Shown: positions 59,292 through 64,000 of the stretch, in pieces
Layout: every line of letters starts with the position of its first letter
Numbering within the stretch: the first letter of the stretch is position 1
DNA from: a bacterium
GTDB taxonomy: Bacteria; Krumholzibacteriota; Krumholzibacteriia; LZORAL124-64-63
DNA length: 64,000 nucleotides
Reading direction: 5' to 3'
Assembly (NCBI GenBank): GCA_031441465.1
Contig: JANOEP010000046.1
Span: 1-64,000 of the forward strand
Made by a program: the position numbers and the translations under genes
The notes under the pieces: model-generated
Databases searched by the model: none
Told to the model about the DNA's origin: nothing
Seen by the model: the letters and a program-made list of their open reading frames with translations, nothing else

Positions 59292-60767
59292 TCATTCCTC
59301 CGGGCGCATGGCCGGAAACAGCAACACGTCGCGGATCGCGTGGCAGTCCGTGAACAGCATCACCAGACGGTCGAGGCCGACGCCCAGGCCGCCGGTCGGC
59401 GGCATGCCGATCTCCAGGGCCTCCAGGTAGTCCTCGTCCATGACCTGGGCCTCGTCGTCCCCCTTGGCCCGCAGGTCCATCTGGTCGGCGAAGCGGCGGC
59501 GCTGCTCGCGCGGGTCGTTCAGCTCGGAGAACGAGTTGCAGATCTCGAAACCGGCCGCGAAGCCCTCGAAGCGCTCGACCAGGGCCGGGTCGTCGCGGTG
59601 CCCCTTGGCCAGCGGCGACAGCTCCTTGGGGTGGTCCATCACGAACGTCGGCTGGATCAGGGTCGGCTCGACCAGCTCGCCGAACAGGGCGTCGAGGATC
59701 TTGTCGGCGCCCATCTCGGGCCGCACCGGCACGCCGAGCCGCTCGGCGTGCGCTCGGACCTCCTCGCGGCCGAGGCCGCGGAAGTCGACGCCGGTCTGTT
59801 GCTGCAGGCCGTCCAGGAAGCGCAGGCGCCGGAAGCCGCCGGAGAAGTCCAGCTCGTGGTCGCCGTACGCGACGCGGCCGTCCCGGCCGAACTTGTCGGC
59901 CAGCTGCCGCAGGAGCGCCTCGAACAGGTCCATCATGTCGTGGTAGTCCCAGTAGGCCGCGTAGCACTCCATCATCGTGAACTCGGGGTTGTGGGTGCGG
60001 TCCATCCCCTCGTTGCGGAAGTCCTTGCAGAACTCGAAGACGCGCTCGAGGCCGCCCACGATCAGGCGCTTGAGGTACAGCTCGTCGGCGATGCGCAGGT
60101 AGAGGCGCTGGTCGAGCGCGTTGTGGTGCGTCGAGAAGGGGCGCGCCGTGGCGCCGCCGTACAGCGGCTGCAGGACCGGCGTCTCGACCTCCAGGAAGTC
60201 CCGGTCGATCAGGAAGCGCCGCACGTGGTCCAGCAGCGCCGAGCGGCGGCGGAAGCGGTCGCGGGACTCCGGGTTCATGATCAGGTCGAGGTGGCGCTTG
60301 CGGCTGCGCAGCTCCAGGCTCATGTCGTGGAACTTCTCGGGCAGGGGCCGCAGGGACTTGGCCAGCAGCTCCCAGGCGGCGACGTGCACCGTCAGCTCGC
60401 CGGTGTGCGTCCGAAAGAGCTTCCCGGAAACGCCGATCAGGTCGCCGAGGTCCAGCAGCTTCTTGAAGGCCTCGTAGTCCTCTTCGCCGAGGTCGTCGCG
60501 GCGGGCGTAGATCTGGATGCGGCCCTCGCCGTCCTGCAGGGGCAGGAAGATCGTCTTGCCGGCGCTGCGCTTGGCCATGATGCGCCCGGCGATGCGGACG
60601 GTGGCGCCGGAGGCCACGAGCTCGGCCTCGGCGGCGGCCAGGGCGGCGCTGGTGTGCGTGCGGTCGTAGCGGTACGGGTAGGGATCCCCGCGCGCGGCGA
60701 GGGCCTCCAGCTTGCGCAGTCGCTCCTCGACCAGGCGGTGCAGGGGCTGCGGCTCGTTCTCGGACAC
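59292..60767 (-). CDS. lysS: lysine--tRNA ligase (class II)
   Basis: LRPLPEKFH, YGGATARPF, FRNEGMDRTHNPEF, GMPPTGGLGVGLDRL. Confidence 0.97.
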   Translation of the reverse strand: MSENEPQPLHRLVEERLRKLEALAARGDPYPYRYDRTHTSAALAAAEAELVASGATVRIAGRIMAKRSAGKTIFLPLQDGEGRIQIYARRDDLGEEDYEAFKKLLDLGDLIGVSGKLFRTHTGELTVHVAAWELLAKSLRPLPEKFHDMSLELRSRKRHLDLIMNPESRDRFRRRSALLDHVRRFLIDRDFLEVETPVLQPLYGGATARPFSTHHNALDQRLYLRIADELYLKRLIVGGLERVFEFCKDFRNEGMDRTHNPEFTMMECYAAYWDYHDMMDLFEALLRQLADKFGRDGRVAYGDHELDFSGGFRRLRFLDGLQQQTGVDFRGLGREEVRAHAERLGVPVRPEMGADKILDALFGELVEPTLIQPTFVMDHPKELSPLAKGHRDDPALVERFEGFAAGFEICNSFSELNDPREQRRRFADQMDLRAKGDDEAQVMDEDYLEALEIGMPPTGGLGVGLDRLVMLFTDCHAIRDVLLFPAMRPEE

Positions 60768-60784
60768 GGGGCCTCCTCGGCCGC

Positions 60785-61889
60785 TCAGCGGGCGGCGCGG
60801 CTGGTCTGACGCAGGTACGCGTCGATGAAGGGCTCGAGATCCCCGTCCAGGACACCGACGGCGTTGCCCGTCTCCTGCTCGGTGCGGTGGTCCTTGACCT
60901 TGGTGTAGGGCTGCAGCACGTAGGAGCGGATCTGGCTGCCCCAGGCGATCTCCATCTTCTCGTCCTCGATGGCCGCCCGCTTCTGCCGCTCCTCCTCCAG
61001 CTTCCGCATGTAGAGCTTCGCCCGCAGCATCGTCATGGCGCTCTCGCGGTTGCGCAGCTGGGACCGCTCGCTCTGGCACTGGACCACCAGGCCGGTCGGC
61101 AGGTGGGTCATGCGCACGGCGCTGTCGGTCTTATTGACGTGCTGGCCGCCCGCCCCGCTGGCGCGGAAGGTGTCGATCCGCAGGTCCTGCTCGTTGATCT
61201 CCACCTCGACCTCATCCTCGATGAGCGGAAACACGAACACCGAGGCGAACGAGGTGTGGCGCCGGCTCTGCGCGTCGAAGGGCGAGATGCGCACCAGGCG
61301 GTGCACGCCGGACTCGCTCTTGAGGTAGCCGTAGGCGAACTCGGACTTGATCTCCAGGATGGCGCTCTTGACGCCGGCCTCTTCGCCCGCCTGAAGGTCC
61401 AGGACCTCGAAGGAGAGCTTGTTGCGCTCGAGGTAGCGGCGGTACATGCGCAGCAGCATCTCGGCCCAGTCCTGGCTCTCGGTGCCGCCGGCGCCGGGGT
61501 GGATCTCCAGCAGGGCGCCGCGCGCATCGTCGGGCCCGCTGAGCAGGAACTGCGATTCCAGCCGATCCAGCTGCCGGACCAGTTCGGCGACGCCGTCGCG
61601 GACCTCGCCGGCCGCGCTCTCGTCGTTCTCCTGCTGGGCCAGTTCGGCCAGCACCGCGAGATCGGCGACGGCCGACTCGGCCGCCGCGACCGGCTCCAGC
61701 CAGCTCTTGAGCACGCGCAGGCGGCGGGTCACCTGCTCGGCGGCCGCCCGGTCCTGCCAGAAACCCGGCTCGGATTGCCGTGCCTGCAAGACCCCGAATT
61801 CCGACTGCAGTTGCGGGAGGTCAAAGCCCCTCCTTCAAGCGCGCGAGCCGGTCCTGCTGGGCGCGGAGTTCGTCGAACTGCTCCTTCAT
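60785..61889 (-). CDS. prfB: peptide chain release factor 2 with programmed +1 frameshift
   Basis: ORF0 MKEQFDELRAQQDRLARLKEGL then AGGAGGGG-CTT-TGA-C (61820-61834); +1 frame continues DLPQLQ.. into SPF and GGQ motifs. Confidence 0.95.
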
Positions 61890-62569
61890 GGCCCCTCCTG
61901 GGGTGGTGCTTCCGGGTGCCGCAGCGCCGGCGCGCGTGCGGCGACCAGCGCGCGCACCGCGCTGCGCAGGTCGTCGGGATCGCCCTCGTTCCGCAAGACG
62001 ACGTCGGCGTGGGCGAAGGCGTCCAGCAGGGAACGCTGGGCCTCGGCGCGGACGCGGGCCGCCGCGGCGTCGAACCGGCCCGAGGCGGCCAGGCGGCTCA
62101 CCCTGAGTTCCGGGGCGGCGTCGACCGCCACCACCAGATCCACCGGTCCGAACGGCGGAAGCAGAAAGTACACGGCGGCCTCCACGACCGCAAGACCCGG
62201 CTCCAGGGCCGCCGCCTCGAACTCCCGCAGGCGCGCGTCGAGACGCGCCGCGAGGCCGGGGTGCGTCAGGGCGTTCAGCCGCGCCAGCGCGACCGGATCG
62301 GCGAAGACGAGCGCGGCGACCGCGGCGCGGTCCACCTCGCCCCCGCGCAGCACCCCGGGACCTAGGGCGGCCGCGACGGCCGCCGGCATCCCCGGCTCGC
62401 GCAGCAGGGCCCGGCCCTCGGCGTCGGCGTCGACGACCCGCGCGCCCAGGGCGGCCAGTTCGGACACGGCCAGGGATTTCCCCGCGCCGATGGGCCCGGT
62501 CACCACCCAGCGCAGCAGGCGGCGTGCGGCCGGCGGCGGCAGTTCATCCATGGGCGGCAGCTCAACCAT
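61886..62569 (-). CDS. coaE: dephospho-CoA kinase
   Basis: TGPIGAGKS, VDAD, DRAAVAALVF, LNALTHP. Confidence 0.88.
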   Translation of the reverse strand: MVELPPMDELPPPAARRLLRWVVTGPIGAGKSLAVSELAALGARVVDADAEGRALLREPGMPAAVAAALGPGVLRGGEVDRAAVAALVFADPVALARLNALTHPGLAARLDARLREFEAAALEPGLAVVEAAVYFLLPPFGPVDLVVAVDAAPELRVSRLAASGRFDAAAARVRAEAQRSLLDAFAHADVVLRNEGDPDDLRSAVRALVAARAPALRHPEAPPQEGP

Positions 62570-64000
62570 GGGCGGCCGCCCAGTCGGCGCCCTCGTGCAC
62601 GTCCACGACCAGCGGCACCGCGAGGTCGGCGACCTGTTCCATGGCCGTGCGCACCAGCGTGGTCACGACCGCGAGTTCGTCGCGCGGGACCTCCAGCAGC
62701 AGCTCGTCGTGGACCTGCAGCAGCAGCAGCGCGCGGGAGCCGCTCTGCTGCAGCTCGCGGTCGACGCGCAGCATCGCCTGCTTGATAAGGTCGGCGGCGG
62801 CGCCTTGGATCGGGGTGTTGACCGCCATGCGCTCGGCGAGGCTGCGCCGTCGCGGGTCGTCGGACGCGATGTCCGGCAGCGGGCGCCGCCGGCCCGACAT
62901 GGTCGTGACGCCGCCGTCGCGGCGGGCGGCGGACTTCGTCGCTTCGATGTAGTCGCGCACCCCCGGGTACGTCCGGAAGTAGGCGTCGATGAAGGCAGCC
63001 GCTTCGCGCACGCTCACCGTGATCCGGCGGGCCAGGGCGCGGGCGCCCATCCCGTAGATCACGCCGAAATTGATGGCCTTGGCGCGCGAACGCATCAGCG
63101 GCGTCACCTCGGCCACGGGGATCGCGTTGATCAGGGCCGCCGTGCGGCGGTGCACGTCGCCGGCGGCGTGGAAGGTGGTGATCAGCTCCGCGTCGCCGCT
63201 GAGGTGCGCCAGCAGGCGCAGTTCGATCTGCGAATAGTCGGCCGAGAGGAAGACCGCGCCGGGATCGCGCGGCACGAAGGCGCGGCGGATCAGCCGGCCG
63301 TTCTCCGAGCGCACGGGGATGTTCTGCAGGTTCGGGTCCGAGGAGGACAGGCGCCCCGTCGCGGCCACCGCCTGGTTGAACGAGGTGTGGACCAGGCCGC
63401 TGTCCGGGTTCACCAGCTGGACGAGCGCCTCGACGTAAGTTCCCAGCAGTTTCGCCAGTTGCCGGTGTTCCAGCACCAGGGCGGGCAGCGGGTGTTCCGC
63501 CGCGAGATCCTCGAGCACCGAGACGTCGGTGCTCCAGCCCGAGGATGTCTTCTTGGAGGGCTTCAGCTTCAGGCGCCCGAACAGGACCTCGGCCAGCTGC
63601 TTCGGGGACTGCACGTTGAACGGGCCGCCGGCCTGCTCGTGGATGCGCACCTCGAGGGCGGCGAGTTCCTCGCGGAAGCGGTCGCCGACCGCCGCCAGCA
63701 TCGCCGTGTCGACGCGGATGCCGCGGCGCTCCATCCGGTAGAGGATCTCCGAGAGCGGCATCTCCAGATCGCGGAACAGCCGCTGCAATCCCGGCGCCGC
63801 CACGAGTTCCGCGGCGAAGCGCACACGCAGGCGCAGGGTCAGGTCGGCGTCCTCCGCCGCGTAGGCGCAGAGGCGTGCGAGCGGCACGCCGAGGATGTCG
63901 CGGACGCGGTCGCCCTCGCCGAACAGGGCCGCGTACGGGATCGGCGTTGTGCCGAGGCAATCCTCGGACAACGCGTCGAGGCCGAAGCTCAGGCGCGACG
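62562..64000 (-). CDS. polA: DNA polymerase I, 3' part (starts beyond window)
   Basis: TGRLSSSDPNLQNIP, DYSQIELR, AKAINFGVIYG, NTPIQG, LQVHDEL. Confidence 0.96.
   Translation of the reverse strand, partial: SRLSFGLDALSEDCLGTTPIPYAALFGEGDRVRDILGVPLARLCAYAAEDADLTLRLRVRFAAELVAAPGLQRLFRDLEMPLSEILYRMERRGIRVDTAMLAAVGDRFREELAALEVRIHEQAGGPFNVQSPKQLAEVLFGRLKLKPSKKTSSGWSTDVSVLEDLAAEHPLPALVLEHRQLAKLLGTYVEALVQLVNPDSGLVHTSFNQAVAATGRLSSSDPNLQNIPVRSENGRLIRRAFVPRDPGAVFLSADYSQIELRLLAHLSGDAELITTFHAAGDVHRRTAALINAIPVAEVTPLMRSRAKAINFGVIYGMGARALARRITVSVREAAAFIDAYFRTYPGVRDYIEATKSAARRDGGVTTMSGRRRPLPDIASDDPRRRSLAERMAVNTPIQGAAADLIKQAMLRVDRELQQSGSRALLLLQVHDELLLEVPRDELAVVTTLVRTAMEQVADLAVPLVVDVHEGADWAAAHG

Noticed and set aside
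60785..61889. prfB as a frameshifted pseudogene
   Set aside because: Canonical programmed frameshift signal is present

Overview
High-GC chromosomal window from a diderm bacterium. An LpxC-FabZ fusion, bshA/B1/C, ClpC beside BamA and bS22 suggest an FCB-superphylum or Gemmatimonadota/Krumholzibacteriota/Eisenbacteria-like lineage (inference). 1-20.3 kb is a flagellar cluster: flgB/C, a TPR-like gene, a sigma54 two-component system, flgM, fliC/D/S/T, csrA-fliW, flgL/K/N/J/I/H/A/G/F and a PilZ protein. 20.4-23 kb holds bS22, an IHF/HU gene, a near-perfect Y-shaped palindromic non-coding element and a GlmU-like gene. 23-28.3 kb is a chaperone-usher-type pilus cluster whose promoter motifs mirror the flagellar hierarchy (sigma28 for the major pilin, sigma54 for the minor pilin and chaperone/usher). 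28.4-31 kb is a lower-GC islet at the tRNA-Ala 3' end encoding a Schlafen/AlbA_2 protein coupled to an orphan ParA-type ATPase. 31-64 kb is housekeeping: tRNA-Ala/Leu, pruA, fbp, tol-pal, bacillithiol genes plus a methyltransferase, nadB, lipid A genes, skp, bamA, clpC, lolD/lolC-E, lysS, frameshifted prfB, coaE and polA. All calls come from reading motifs by eye; no database searches were run.
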